DNA of 64,000 nucleotides from an uncultured delta proteobacterium (GTDB taxonomy: Bacteria > Myxococcota > Myxococcia > Myxococcales > Myxococcaceae), in NCBI GenBank assembly GCA_963713045.1, contig CAVQKE010000006.1:64001-128000 (forward strand). Reading direction: 5' to 3'. The translations under genes and the position numbers were made by a program. Position 1 is the first letter of the stretch; each line of letters begins with the position of its first letter. Below, piece after piece: positions 53,081 through 63,372 of the stretch. The notes under the pieces are model-generated. The model saw only the letters and a program-made list of their open reading frames with translations, had not been told where the DNA came from and searched no databases.

Positions 53081-55069
53081 ATGCTCGAGGGCGATCCCCA
53101 GGGCCCTTCCGCATCGATGCTTCCCGCGGCTGATCCGCTCATCGGCCGAGTGTTGAACGGCCGCTTTCGCATCATTGAGCCGCTCGGCTCGGGTGGCATG
53201 GGCAAAGTGTACAAGGCGATTCAATCGCCGCTCGACCGAGTGGTCGCGCTCAAAATCCTCAACCCCAACTTTCCAGCGGAGAAGGACCCGGCCTTCAAGC
53301 GCCGCTTCTTTCTCGAAGCGAGCCTGACCGCCAAGCTTCGTCACCCCAACACGGTGACCGTCATCGACTACGGCCAGACCGACGACGGCATCTTTTTCAT
53401 CGCCATGGAGTACCTGGAGGGCCAAACCCTGGCCGAGGTGCTGGCGCAGGAAAAGACCCTTGCCTGGATGCGGGTGCTGGACATCGGGCAGCAGGTCTGC
53501 CGCTCGCTGCGAGAGGCACACAAGCTCGGCGTCATTCACCGCGACCTCAAACCAGCCAACGTGATGCTCCTCAACGAGGCTGATCAGGACATGGTGAAGG
53601 TCCTCGATTTCGGCCTGGTGAAGTCCTTCCTCGGCGAACTCTCCCCGGGCGACCCCGAGGTGACCCAAAACGGCGTCTTCCTCGGGAGTCCCCAGTACAT
53701 GGCGCCGGAGCAGGCGCGCAACGTCGCCGACCCGCGCAGTGACGTCTATTCGTTGGGCATCCTCATGTACCAGATGCTCAGCGGCCGTCCGCCCTTTCTC
53801 GGCAAGGACTACCTGGAAGTCATCTTCCTGCACATGAAGGAGGCGCCCAAGCGCCTGCGGGACGCGCGACCGGGGCTGGACGTGCCGCCCGAAGTCGAGG
53901 CGGTCCTCTTGAAGTGCCTGGAGAAGGACCCCCTGGCCCGCTACCAGTCGATGGACGAGCTGCTGGACGCGATTCGCTACGCGGCCCAAATCAGCGGCGC
54001 CAGCGGCATCTTCCAGGACCGCAGGTCCGGAATTCACCCCACCCCGCCTCCGCTTCCGGCGGTGACAACTGGCGCCCACCCCCTGGCCGTCACGCCACCG
54101 CCCGAGGCCAACACCATGGCCATCGACATCGCCGAGGACGACGCCCCGGCGGCGGTGCGGGCCCGGGCGCTGGGGCGGCTGGCGCTCATCGGCTGCCTCC
54201 TCGCGGCCGTCGCCGGTAGCTTTGCAGTGACCTGGTTCTTCATGTCGCATGGGCCAACCCCCAGCGCCGAGGCGCCACCGCCGGTGGCCGCCGCGGTGGC
54301 CGCCGCCGCCCCGGTGGTCAAACCGGTGGCCCCGCCGGTGGAAGTGCCACAACCCGTCGAGCGGAAGATGGTGCGCTTTCACGTCTTGACCGAGCCGCCG
54401 GGCGCCCACGTCTTCGTCGGCCGTCATGACATCGGCGCCACGCCAGCCGCCTTCGAACTGCCGGCCGGGGCCGACGGCATGGCCAGCGCCGAAATGGTCT
54501 TCGTCCTGGAGGGTTACCCGAATCAAACCATCACCTCGGGCGGCTCCGGCGACGTGCTGGTGAATGCCCGTCTGCAGAAAAAAGTCGTCGCCCGCGTCGC
54601 GACGCCCGTTCCCCTCTCACGCGAGGAGCGCGAGAAGGAACGCGACAGCGGCGGTCCGGTTCCCGTCCCGGCGGCGGCTCCGCCGGCGCTGGCCGCTGTT
54701 GCGCCGACCAAGCCGGCCGCGGCCGCCGTCGCACCAACCGCCGCCGCGGCTCCGCTCCAGCCTCCGGCCTTGGGCGACATCGTTCCGTTTGGCGAGGGGA
54801 TGACGCGCCCCAAACTCATCAGCCCCGGCAAGCCCGTCTCCTACAGCCGCGAAGCCATCGAGGCGCGGGTGGAGGGGACGATGATTGTGAAGTGCACCAT
54901 CACCGTCGAAGGGCTAGTCGAGAAGTGCGCCGTCTTGAAGACGTTGCCCTTCCTCGAACAGGCGGTGCTGGAAAGCCTCTACTCCTCGCACTACTCCCCC
55001 GTCACTTTCCAGGGGAAGCCAGTGGCGGTGGGCTACACCTTCAACGTCCGCCTCGTCCCGCCGAACTAG
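53081..55069 (+). CDS. Ser/Thr protein kinase with TM, PEGA-like and C-terminal TonB_C domains
   Basis: GSGGMGKVY, VALK, HRDLKPAN, DFG, APE. Then a TM helix, TEPPGAHVFV..IGATP, and YSREAIEARVEGTMIVKCTITVEG..PVTFQGKPV. Confidence 0.9.
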   Translation: MLEGDPQGPSASMLPAADPLIGRVLNGRFRIIEPLGSGGMGKVYKAIQSPLDRVVALKILNPNFPAEKDPAFKRRFFLEASLTAKLRHPNTVTVIDYGQTDDGIFFIAMEYLEGQTLAEVLAQEKTLAWMRVLDIGQQVCRSLREAHKLGVIHRDLKPANVMLLNEADQDMVKVLDFGLVKSFLGELSPGDPEVTQNGVFLGSPQYMAPEQARNVADPRSDVYSLGILMYQMLSGRPPFLGKDYLEVIFLHMKEAPKRLRDARPGLDVPPEVEAVLLKCLEKDPLARYQSMDELLDAIRYAAQISGASGIFQDRRSGIHPTPPPLPAVTTGAHPLAVTPPPEANTMAIDIAEDDAPAAVRARALGRLALIGCLLAAVAGSFAVTWFFMSHGPTPSAEAPPPVAAAVAAAAPVVKPVAPPVEVPQPVERKMVRFHVLTEPPGAHVFVGRHDIGATPAAFELPAGADGMASAEMVFVLEGYPNQTITSGGSGDVLVNARLQKKVVARVATPVPLSREEREKERDSGGPVPVPAAAPPALAAVAPTKPAAAAVAPTAAAAPLQPPALGDIVPFGEGMTRPKLISPGKPVSYSREAIEARVEGTMIVKCTITVEGLVEKCAVLKTLPFLEQAVLESLYSSHYSPVTFQGKPVAVGYTFNVRLVPPN

Positions 55070-55192
55070 CCCTGGCCGAAATGGCCGCGCACCGGCGTCC
55101 GCTGGAGCCGTGCGCCGCACGTCCCTGGAGCGTTGCCCTCTGTGTGCCGCGGATGGTAGGAGGGCACGCCCTTTCGCGACCCCGGGACCGAC

Positions 55193-56746
55193 ATGGAAAT
55201 TCGCGCCGACGAAATCAGCAGAATCCTCAAGGAGCAGATTCAGGATTACGGGAAGAAAGTGACCGTCGCCGAGACGGGCACCATCCTCTCCATCGGCGAC
55301 GGAATCGCGCGCGTCTATGGGCTTTCCGGCGCGGAGGCCGGAGAGCTGGTGGAGTTCTCCAACAACGTCAAGGGCCTGGTGCTCAACCTCGAGGAAGACA
55401 ACGTTGGCATCGCAGTGATGGGTCCCTACCAGGAGCTGCGCGAAGGCGACACCGTGCGGCGGACCAAGACCATCGCCTCGGTACCGGTTGGCAAGGGGCT
55501 CCTCGGCCGGGTGGTGAATGCGCTGGGAGAGCCGGTGGATGGCAAGGGGCCCATCCAATCGACCGAGATTCGGCGCATCGAGATTAAGGCGCCCGGCATC
55601 GTCCAGCGCCGCAGCGTGCACGAACCACTGCAGACCGGGCTCAAAGCCCTGGACGCGCTGGTGCCCATCGGCCGCGGACAGCGGGAGTTGATTATTGGCG
55701 ACCGTCAGACGGGGAAGACGGCGGTCGCCATCGACGCCATCATCAACCAGAAGGGCACCGGCGTTTACTGCATCTACGTCGCAGTCGGGCAGAAGCTGTC
55801 CACGGTGGCGCAGGTGGTGGACAAGCTGACCCAGTACGGAGCCATGGAATACACGACAGTGGTGGTGGCTTCCGCGGCGGACCCGGCGCCGATGCAGTTC
55901 TTCGCGCCCTACACCGGCTGCACCATGGGCGAGTACTTCCGCGACAACAAGATGCACGCGCTCATCGTCTACGACGACCTCTCCAAGCAAGCGGTGGCCT
56001 ACCGGCAGCTCTCGCTGCTGCTGCGCCGGCCACCGGGGCGTGAGGCCTACCCGGGCGACGTCTTCTACATCCACTCGCGCTTGCTGGAGCGAGCCGCCAA
56101 GCTCTCGGATGCCGAGGGGGGCGGCTCCCTCACCGCGCTTCCCATCATCGAGACCCAAGCCGGCGACGTCTCGGCCTACATCCCAACCAACGTCATCTCC
56201 ATCACCGACGGCCAGATTTTTCTGGAGACCGACCTCTTCTATTCAGGCGTTCGACCGGCCATCAACGTCGGCCTCTCGGTCAGTCGGGTGGGCAGCGCGG
56301 CCCAAATCAAAGCGATGAAGCAGGTGGCCGGCTCCTTGAAGCTGGACCTCGCGCAGTACCGGGAGTTGGCAGCCTTCGCCCAGTTCGGCAGCGACCTCGA
56401 CAAGGCCACCCAGGAGACGTTGGCGCGCGGCGCTCGGTTGGTGGAGATTCTGAAGCAGGGCCAATACGCGCCGATGCCGGTCGAGGAGCAAGTCATCCAG
56501 ATTTACGGCGCCAGCAACCGAGACGACCCAGCCAAGCGCGGTTGGGCCCGCGACATCCCGGTGGCGGACATGTCCCGCTGGGCCGCTGAGTTGCTGGAAT
56601 TTATCGACGCCAAGTACCGTGAAATTCCAGCCAGCATCCGCGAGAAAAAGGAAATTACCGCGGAGACGAAGGCCGCCCTCAACAAGGCCCTCGGCGAATT
56701 CAACCAGCTGTTCCAGCCCACCGCCGCCCCGGCGGTGGCGGCCTAG
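55193..56746 (+). CDS. atpA: F1 ATP synthase alpha subunit
   Basis: [39 protein letters not shown]. Confidence 0.99.
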   Translation: MEIRADEISRILKEQIQDYGKKVTVAETGTILSIGDGIARVYGLSGAEAGELVEFSNNVKGLVLNLEEDNVGIAVMGPYQELREGDTVRRTKTIASVPVGKGLLGRVVNALGEPVDGKGPIQSTEIRRIEIKAPGIVQRRSVHEPLQTGLKALDALVPIGRGQRELIIGDRQTGKTAVAIDAIINQKGTGVYCIYVAVGQKLSTVAQVVDKLTQYGAMEYTTVVVASAADPAPMQFFAPYTGCTMGEYFRDNKMHALIVYDDLSKQAVAYRQLSLLLRRPPGREAYPGDVFYIHSRLLERAAKLSDAEGGGSLTALPIIETQAGDVSAYIPTNVISITDGQIFLETDLFYSGVRPAINVGLSVSRVGSAAQIKAMKQVAGSLKLDLAQYRELAAFAQFGSDLDKATQETLARGARLVEILKQGQYAPMPVEEQVIQIYGASNRDDPAKRGWARDIPVADMSRWAAELLEFIDAKYREIPASIREKKEITAETKAALNKALGEFNQLFQPTAAPAVAA

Positions 56747-57405
56747 CGACCAGGCCGCACTGCCGACCCAACCGTCTCCGGGGTCGAGGAGCGGCTGCGC
56801 GTCCGCAGGGTGCCCACCAGGGCATCAATCCAGCGGTGGCTGATGCCGAAATTCCTGTCCGGGCAGGCGAAGTGGTGCGCCATGTGGTGAGAACGGATGG
56901 CCTTGCCCCAGGCCGTCTTCGGCTCGCGGGCGTGGGTGGAGTAGTGCACGAAGTCGTACCAGAGGTAGCCGCTGACGAAGCCGGCGAAGAGCGGGATGGT
57001 CACCAACGGCGCCCCCACCAGGTACAGCCCGCCGCCGATGACCAGCGCCAGCGGGACACTCGCCCCCAAGGGCATCACCAGGCGCAAGGGGTCGTCGGGG
57101 TAGTGGTGGTGGTAGCCGTGGATGACGTCGTGGATTTTGCGGGTGAAGGGGCCGCTCCCCTCCCAGTGGAAGAAGCCGCGGTGGATGGCGTATTCGGCAA
57201 TGTCCCAGACAATCCAACCGGCGAGGTAAAGGCCCGCCGCGGCCCCAGGAGTGGTCAGCCCGCGCGCCAGGCCCCAGGCCAACAGCCCCACCACCACCGG
57301 CCCGTACACCAAGAAAGGCACCACCGGGTGCACCTTCGAGGTGACTTCCAGAAAGTCATTTTGAAAGAGCCGCGCGTGCGCGTGGCGCGTGTAATCGACG
57401 TCCAT
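56743..57405 (-). CDS. fatty acid hydroxylase/sterol desaturase family protein
   Basis: EY.IHR.FFH, HGYHH..P.D..RLVMP, YD..HY..H, HMAHHF. Confidence 0.9.
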   Translation of the reverse strand: MDVDYTRHAHARLFQNDFLEVTSKVHPVVPFLVYGPVVVGLLAWGLARGLTTPGAAAGLYLAGWIVWDIAEYAIHRGFFHWEGSGPFTRKIHDVIHGYHHHYPDDPLRLVMPLGASVPLALVIGGGLYLVGAPLVTIPLFAGFVSGYLWYDFVHYSTHAREPKTAWGKAIRSHHMAHHFACPDRNFGISHRWIDALVGTLRTRSRSSTPETVGSAVRPGR

Positions 57406-57614
57406 CCAATCCTCTCCTGCCGGTGTTTCGGCGTGCGGGTTTTGCTGCCGCTACCGCCCGAAGTCAACCCGACGTTGCCCAGGCTGCGTCAGAAGCGGAG
57501 ATTCACCAGCAACGGCAGAGGCTTCTCGCGGCCCGCGCGGGGCATCGAAGGCGCGCAGCCTTTGCGTTTGACGACCACCCTCGACGGAAGGTACGTCATC
57601 CCTCCCCACCGCAC

Positions 57615-58238
57615 ATGGAAAACGCCGCTCCCCGCCCGCTGCACGCCTTTCGGAACCCTGCGCTGTGGATGTTGGTCCTCGGGGCTCTCATCGCCGCCGT
57701 GCCCCTCGGCCGCCGGGCCTTCGCCCCGCCGGCCCGCCCCCTTCCCGTCCTCGGAAATGTGCCGGCCTTCCGCTTCACGGACCAAACCGGCGCCGCCTTC
57801 AGTCCGGACATGCTGGCCGGCAAGCCTTGGGTGGCGGACTTCATCTTCACCCGGTGTCCCACCATTTGCCCGCTGATGACGGAGCGACTCGCGGCACTCC
57901 AGGGCAAACTCGGCGAGCGGGTCCACTTGGTTTCCGTCAGCGTTGACCCGGACTTCGACAGGCCGGAACAACTTCGAGCCTTCGCCGCCCAACACGGCGC
58001 GCTGTCGCCCCGCTGGCATTTCCTCACCGGCGACTCGGCGGCCGTCCAAAAGGCCGTCACCGAGGGTTTCAAAATCGCGCTGGTCCGCGAAGGGGCGGCG
58101 GACGACGTCGGTGGGCTCATCCATGGCGTCCACGTGGTGTTGGTGGACGGGCAAGGCCGCATTCGCGGCTACTACGACTCGACCGACCCCGAGGCCTTGG
58201 AGCGGCTGGTGCGGGACGCGCAGCAACTCACTCCCTAA
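57615..58238 (+). CDS. SCO1/SenC copper chaperone
   Basis: FIFTRCPTICP, SVDP..D, WHFLTG, IH..LVD.QG.IRG.Y. Confidence 0.92.
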   Translation: MENAAPRPLHAFRNPALWMLVLGALIAAVPLGRRAFAPPARPLPVLGNVPAFRFTDQTGAAFSPDMLAGKPWVADFIFTRCPTICPLMTERLAALQGKLGERVHLVSVSVDPDFDRPEQLRAFAAQHGALSPRWHFLTGDSAAVQKAVTEGFKIALVREGAADDVGGLIHGVHVVLVDGQGRIRGYYDSTDPEALERLVRDAQQLTP

Positions 58239-58259
58239 CGCCTCTGCCCCAGGGGGGAC

Positions 58260-58823
58260 CTAGCGGCGGGAGCGCTTGGCAGTTGCCGGCCGCGGCTTGT
58301 GGCGCTTGCCCGCCTTTTTCTTGGCCCGGGCGGGCCGCTTCGGGGCGGCCGGCCGGGCCCCTCGGGGCCGCGCAACAGCGGGTGGGGCCGTCGCGGCCAG
58401 CGCCGCCGCGGCCCGCCGGGCGCGCAGGGTGTCGCGGAGGCCGGGCTCGTCCAAGTGGACTTGGGCAAGTCGCAGGGCGTAGTGGAGGTCCGGCCGGAGG
58501 CCTTCCACGGCAAAGGCCGAGGCGCCGCCGCGCTGCAGCCCCACCACCAGCTTCGGACGCTCCTCCTGCGTTTGAAGACAGCGCACCAGCAGCTGTTGAG
58601 CGACCTCGCCCAGCGCAAGGACGTCTTCCATCAGGACAACGCCCTCCTTCTGCGCCAGTGCGCTGGGGAGGGCGCTGGGGCTTGCCACCAGCGTGAGGGG
58701 ACACTGAAGCCGGCCGGCCGCTTCCTCGGCCCACGCCTTTCGCTCCACGGCCGTGCCACCCATCAGCAAGACCGACACGCGGTTTTGGACCAGCTCAGCT
58801 TCGGTGTATTTGGGTCGCTCCAC
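58260..58823 (-). CDS. degenerate sigma54-activator-like AAA+ protein with basic tail
   Basis: VLLMGGT..GVVLMEDV..AQQLLVRCLQ..LRPDLHYAL parallels the bEBP AAA motifs. GTG start at 58823. Confidence 0.65.
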   Translation of the reverse strand: MERPKYTEAELVQNRVSVLLMGGTAVERKAWAEEAAGRLQCPLTLVASPSALPSALAQKEGVVLMEDVLALGEVAQQLLVRCLQTQEERPKLVVGLQRGGASAFAVEGLRPDLHYALRLAQVHLDEPGLRDTLRARRAAAALAATAPPAVARPRGARPAAPKRPARAKKKAGKRHKPRPATAKRSRR

Positions 58824-58921
58824 GGGCGCGCCCCCCAAAGGCTCTGTGGCGTTGGGGTGACAGCGTAGTCGGCGTCTCCGACGAGCCGGGCGCCCCTTTG
58901 GCAGCGGGACACGCCCAGCGG

Positions 58922-59770
58922 TTAGCCGGGCGCCTGCAACTCGGTGCGGACGTCCCACAACTCGGGAAAAAACGTGACGTCCAGGGCGCGTTTGAGAAAG
59001 GGCACGCCCGAGCTGCCCCCCGTTCCCGGCCGGCTTCCAATAATGCGCTTCACGGTGAGCATGTGGCGGAAGCGCCAAAGCTGAAACCGCTGCTCCACGT
59101 CCACCAGCTTCTCGGCCATTTCGTAGCCGTCCCAGTAGCGCTCCGGCGCCTCGTAGATGGTGCGGAACACGGCCGTCACTCCGGGGTCGGCCTCGTAGGG
59201 CAAAGAGAAGTCCCGCTCCACGCGTCCGGCCGGAATGGGCAGACCGCGACGGGCGAGGTGCCTCAAAAATTCGTCGTAGAGGCTGGGCGCGGTGAGCAGC
59301 TCGAGGAGCCAGGCGTGGATGTCCGGCGTGTGGCGATGGGCGAGGAGCGCCGTCCGGTCCTTGTTGCCGAGCAAAAATTCCACGGCCCGGTATTGGTGGG
59401 ACTGAAAGCCGCTGGCCGGACCGAGCACCTTGCGAAAGGAGAGGTATTCGGAGGGCGTCAGTGTCTCCAGGACGCCCCACTGCTCGAAAAGCATCCTCTG
59501 GACTTGCCCCACCCGAGCCAGAATTTTGAAGGACGGCTCGAGGTGGTCAGCTTGGACTTCGCGACGGGCGGCGAGCAACTCATGAATCAGAAGCTTCAGC
59601 CACAGCTCGCTCGTCTGGTGCTGGATGATGAACAGCAGCTCGTCGTGGTGCTCAGGTTGCGAGCGCGGACGCTGGGCCGAGAGGAGGAGGTCGAGGCGCA
59701 GGTAGTCCGCGTAGGTGGTGGACCCGGCGAGGTCCAGGTGAATTCCTGGCTCCAGTTCCCGGCCGGGCAT
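58922..59770 (-). CDS. kynA: tryptophan 2,3-dioxygenase
   Basis: [44 protein letters not shown]. Confidence 0.96.
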   Translation of the reverse strand: MPGRELEPGIHLDLAGSTTYADYLRLDLLLSAQRPRSQPEHHDELLFIIQHQTSELWLKLLIHELLAARREVQADHLEPSFKILARVGQVQRMLFEQWGVLETLTPSEYLSFRKVLGPASGFQSHQYRAVEFLLGNKDRTALLAHRHTPDIHAWLLELLTAPSLYDEFLRHLARRGLPIPAGRVERDFSLPYEADPGVTAVFRTIYEAPERYWDGYEMAEKLVDVEQRFQLWRFRHMLTVKRIIGSRPGTGGSSGVPFLKRALDVTFFPELWDVRTELQAPG

Positions 59771-59788
59771 GAACAGGGCGACCTGGGC

Positions 59789-60238
59789 TCAGCTCCCGCT
59801 TGAATCCTTCTTCTTGTGAGCGGCGCGGCCGCGGGGAAGGACCAAGTCCGTGACCGACTGGGGAGGCGCGTAGTCCTTCCAATCGGCCGGGCGGCGGTTG
59901 CTTCGGGTGAGCATTCGCAGCTTCTGGTAATGCGCTGAGCAATACCCCTTGGTGCGACTCGGCCGCTTGCAGCCGATGATGGCGCACGCACCCCCAGCAG
60001 GCAGCCGTGTCCGGCGGCCGCGACGGCCAACGGCCTTGCGGCCCACGCCAGGAGGGCGACCCGGGCCCCGGCGCCGGCTGGTGGGCGAAAAGCCGCCCAG
60101 CAGTCCAGCAATTGGACCGAGACGCTCGGCCATCGCGCGCAGGGCGCTCAAATCTCTGGCGATGGTGGTCTGGAACGACTTCAGCTGCTGTTCCACCTCC
60201 GCGCTAATCATTTCGCGAAATGCCTTGTCGACTGACAT
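59789..60238 (-). CDS. vegA: myxobacterial vegetative protein VegA (basic, Cys3His-like motif)
   Basis: MSVDKAFR..RRGPGRPP..CAIIGC..SRTKGYC.AHYQKLRML..LPRGRAA, recognised from M. xanthus VegA. Confidence 0.78.
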   Translation of the reverse strand: MSVDKAFREMISAEVEQQLKSFQTTIARDLSALRAMAERLGPIAGLLGGFSPTSRRRGPGRPPGVGRKAVGRRGRRTRLPAGGACAIIGCKRPSRTKGYCSAHYQKLRMLTRSNRRPADWKDYAPPQSVTDLVLPRGRAAHKKKDSSGS

Positions 60239-60305
60239 CTCTGGCTTCTCTCCTCTCTGAGGCTCTGGCCCCAGAGCCGGCCACACTGCCACAGCGCCCC
60301 GGGCG

Positions 60306-60334
60306 TTTAAAGACATATGTATGTGGATTGTCTC
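60306..60334 (-). promoter_or_regulatory. candidate sigma70-type promoter of vegA
   Basis: GAGACA-N17-TTTAAA in an AT-rich patch containing the ACATATGT palindrome. Confidence 0.35.
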
Positions 60335-60448
60335 TGCTGCAGAGCCTTGGGGCTGTAAGCCTTAGTTCAAAAGCCCAACATCGGACACGTTTGTCACGCC
60401 GATGGGGTTGCACACCGGCGAGGGCTGACGCAACTTCTCCCCCCTGAC

Positions 60449-61777
60449 ATGCGGAGGCCCCTGCCCAGCCGCCGCGCGGCACCGCCCTGGCTGGACCGTG
60501 CCCGGGCTGAGCTGACGCTGGCCCGCGAGCGCCTCCTGGCGCTCCTTGCCCCCGTCCCAGCCACGGAGCTGGTGCATCAGCACTCGGAGCTCATGTCTCC
60601 CCCCATCTGGGACGTCGCCCACATTGCCAATTACGAGGAGCAGTGGCTGGTGCGCGCTCTCGGCGGCCCCCGGCTCAGTCAGCCGGGCGTGGATGCCCTG
60701 TACGACGCCTTTCGCCACCCCCGGCGGAGCCGCGCCGCGTTGCCACTCCTCAGCGTCCAGGAGGCATTCCACTACGCCGCCCGGGTGCGCCAGGCTTCGC
60801 TCGAGCTGCTGGAAGCCGGGCCGGAGAGCAGCGCGGACGAGAGGCTATTGGCCGACGGTTTTGTCTACGGCATGGTGGCCCAGCATGAGCAGCAGCACAT
60901 CGAGACGCTGCTCGCGACGCTGCAACTGGTGACGCGCGTCACCCTTGAACCGCCAGACGCCGCCTTGCCGCCGCCACCGGCGCCCGACGCGGTCGAGCGC
61001 GGCGAAGTGCCGGTACCGGGTGGCACCACCACCCTCGGCTCGAACGAGGCCTGGGCCTATGACAACGAAAGGCCCGCCCACCGCCGCGAAGTCGCGCCCT
61101 TCTTCATCGACCGGACGCCCGTCACCAACCAAGAGTTTGCGCACTTCATCGAAGCCGGTGGCTACCGGAATGCTTCGCTGTGGAGTCGGCCCGGCTGGGA
61201 GCACCGGCTGGCCGCGGGACTCGAATCCCCAGCGTATTGGCGGCGGACGGGCGCTGCTTGGGAGCGGCGACGCTTCGGGCGATGGGAGCCCCTGCCGCCG
61301 GATGAGCCGGTGGTGCACGTCTGCTGGTACGAGGCGGACGCCTACGCGCGCTGGGCGCACCGGCGCCTTCCCACCGAGGCCGAATGGGAAACGGCTGCCC
61401 GCTGGGCACCGGAGGGGGTGGCGCGGAGCTGGCCGTGGGGTGAGGCACCTCCCGGCCCGGAACGCGCCAACCTTTGGCCCCGCGCCGCACGCCCGTGCCC
61501 CGTGGGGAGCTTCCCCGCCGGAGCGAGCGCCTCTGGGGCACTCGGCCTCGTGGGGGACGTCTGGGAATGGACCGCCTCGGACTTCCAGCCCTACCCGGGC
61601 TTCGAGGCCTTCCCTTACCCCGAATACTCCCAGGTCTTTTTCGGCAGCGGCTGTAAGGTGCTGCGCGGTGGCTCCTGGGCCGTTGCGCCGGTCGCGGCCC
61701 GGGCCACCTTCCGCAACTGGGACTTACCCGTCCGCCGACAAATATTTGCCGGCTTTCGCTGTGCCCGCGACGCCTGA
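60449..61777 (+). CDS. egtB: ergothioneine biosynthesis sulfoxide synthase EgtB
   Basis: QHS..MSP..W..HI, metal motif HEQQHIE, FGE-sulfatase domain, FRNWDLP.RRQIFAGFR. Confidence 0.92.
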   Translation: MRRPLPSRRAAPPWLDRARAELTLARERLLALLAPVPATELVHQHSELMSPPIWDVAHIANYEEQWLVRALGGPRLSQPGVDALYDAFRHPRRSRAALPLLSVQEAFHYAARVRQASLELLEAGPESSADERLLADGFVYGMVAQHEQQHIETLLATLQLVTRVTLEPPDAALPPPPAPDAVERGEVPVPGGTTTLGSNEAWAYDNERPAHRREVAPFFIDRTPVTNQEFAHFIEAGGYRNASLWSRPGWEHRLAAGLESPAYWRRTGAAWERRRFGRWEPLPPDEPVVHVCWYEADAYARWAHRRLPTEAEWETAARWAPEGVARSWPWGEAPPGPERANLWPRAARPCPVGSFPAGASASGALGLVGDVWEWTASDFQPYPGFEAFPYPEYSQVFFGSGCKVLRGGSWAVAPVAARATFRNWDLPVRRQIFAGFRCARDA

Positions 61778-61795
61778 GCCTTAAAGGACTGCCCC

Positions 61796-62809
61796 ATGCG
61801 CCTCGACTCGCTCGTCCGCCCCGACTCCCGTCGCGACCGCGCCGTTCGGGTGGAGGTGCACCTCAGTCCCTTGGACTTGGCCAGCGCCCTGGTGACCGAC
61901 GCCCGCGGTGGCCTCGGCACCCGGCCCCGCGAGCTTCCCCCCAAATGGTTTTACGACGAGCGCGGCTGCCGGCTTTTCGATGAAATTACCCGGCTGCCCG
62001 AGTACTACCCGACGCGCCGAGAGCGCGAGATTTTGCTCGCCCATGCCGGGGAGATTGCGCAGCGCACTGGCGCTCAGACGCTGGTGGAACTCGGCGCTGG
62101 AACTTCGGAGAAGACGCGGGTGCTCCTCTCGGCGCTCAAGGCCGAAGGCACGCTCGAACGCTTCGCCCCCTTTGATGTGAGCGAGCCGACGCTGCGGACG
62201 GCAGCGGCCGCCATCGCCGCCGACTACCCAGGGGTCAGCGTCCACGCGGTGGTGGGGGACTTCGAAAAGCACCTGGCGCACCTGCCCCGCGGTGGCGTGC
62301 GGCTGATTGCCTTCCTCGGTGGAACGCTGGGCAACCTCAAGCCGGAGGCCCGGGCACGCTTCCTGCGGCGTTTGGCCGAGCAGATGGACCCCTCGGATGC
62401 CCTGCTGCTGGGGACAGACCTGGTGAAGGACATTCCGCGACTGGAAGCGGCCTACAACGACCGGCAAGGCGTCACCGCAGAATTCAATCGCAACGTGTTG
62501 GCGGTGCTGAACCGCGAGCTGGGCGCAGACTTCGTCCTCGAGCGCTTCCAGCATCTCGCGCGCTACGACGCGCGGCAGGGGTGGATTGAAATGCTGCTTC
62601 GCTCCTCGGTGGCCCAGCACGTGGAGCTGCCGGGCTTGGCGCTGGGGGTGGACTTCGGCGCTGGGGAATTGCTGCGCACCGAAGTGAGCGCGAAATTTCA
62701 GCCCGACCAAGTCAAGGCTGAGCTGGCAGCGGCCGGCCTGACACAGACGGCCTTTTGGACCGACCGCTGGGGCGACTTCGGCCTCAGCCTCGCCGTCCCC
62801 GGCGCGTAG
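61796..62809 (+). CDS. egtD: L-histidine N-alpha-methyltransferase EgtD
   Basis: LPPKWFYD.RG..LF..ITRLPEYYPTR.E, ELGAG...KT, TE.SAKF. Confidence 0.95.
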   Translation: MRLDSLVRPDSRRDRAVRVEVHLSPLDLASALVTDARGGLGTRPRELPPKWFYDERGCRLFDEITRLPEYYPTRREREILLAHAGEIAQRTGAQTLVELGAGTSEKTRVLLSALKAEGTLERFAPFDVSEPTLRTAAAAIAADYPGVSVHAVVGDFEKHLAHLPRGGVRLIAFLGGTLGNLKPEARARFLRRLAEQMDPSDALLLGTDLVKDIPRLEAAYNDRQGVTAEFNRNVLAVLNRELGADFVLERFQHLARYDARQGWIEMLLRSSVAQHVELPGLALGVDFGAGELLRTEVSAKFQPDQVKAELAAAGLTQTAFWTDRWGDFGLSLAVPGA

Positions 62810-62828
62810 GCAGCGCCGGCCCGTGGCT

Positions 62829-63353
62829 TCAGCGGACCGGCGCGGCGCCAGCCGCCTGGCACGCCGTCTGCGCCGCGTCCAGCTCCTGATGCGTCGCGCC
62901 GCGGAGACTCGCGCACAACAGCGTGTCCTCCCCAAGCGTCGTGGCCGCCAGCAGGGCCTCGGTCTCGGACGTTCCGGCATCCGGCTCGGCGAGGACGAAG
63001 CGCAGCGCGATGAAGCCCGGTGCCTCGGTCACGCTCTCGGAGCGCTCCCGCAGGTGGCGCAGGCCGCCGAGAAAGCCGGTGCGCAGCGTGTCGGCAGTCG
63101 GCAGCCCGAGGCCCCGCTGCACCTCGGCCCGCAGCACCGGCTGCCCCCGCGGACTTGAGGCGCGGACCACGCCGTCCGGACCGGCGGTGACTGCCCAGCT
63201 CCCTGGAAGGTTGAGGGTAATTTGCGGCGGCGTCGCGACGCGGGCCACCGCGCCGGCATCCACCAGCGGGACCACCGAGGGCCTCGGACGGCAGGCGAGG
63301 CACGCCAGTGCCAGCAGGAGTGCAGCCAACGGCGCTGGGCGAAAGGCTGCCAC
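62829..63353 (-). CDS. hypothetical lipoprotein
   Basis: Lipobox-like ALLLALACLAC. GTG start inferred. Confidence 0.6.
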   Translation of the reverse strand: MAAFRPAPLAALLLALACLACRPRPSVVPLVDAGAVARVATPPQITLNLPGSWAVTAGPDGVVRASSPRGQPVLRAEVQRGLGLPTADTLRTGFLGGLRHLRERSESVTEAPGFIALRFVLAEPDAGTSETEALLAATTLGEDTLLCASLRGATHQELDAAQTACQAAGAAPVR

Positions 63354-63372
63354 CCGGGGAGTCCCCAGAGGA

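Noticed and set aside
54240..54780. Low-complexity Pro/Ala repeats in the kinase
   Set aside because: These are an ordinary periplasmic linker of TonB-like proteins, not a DNA repeat element.
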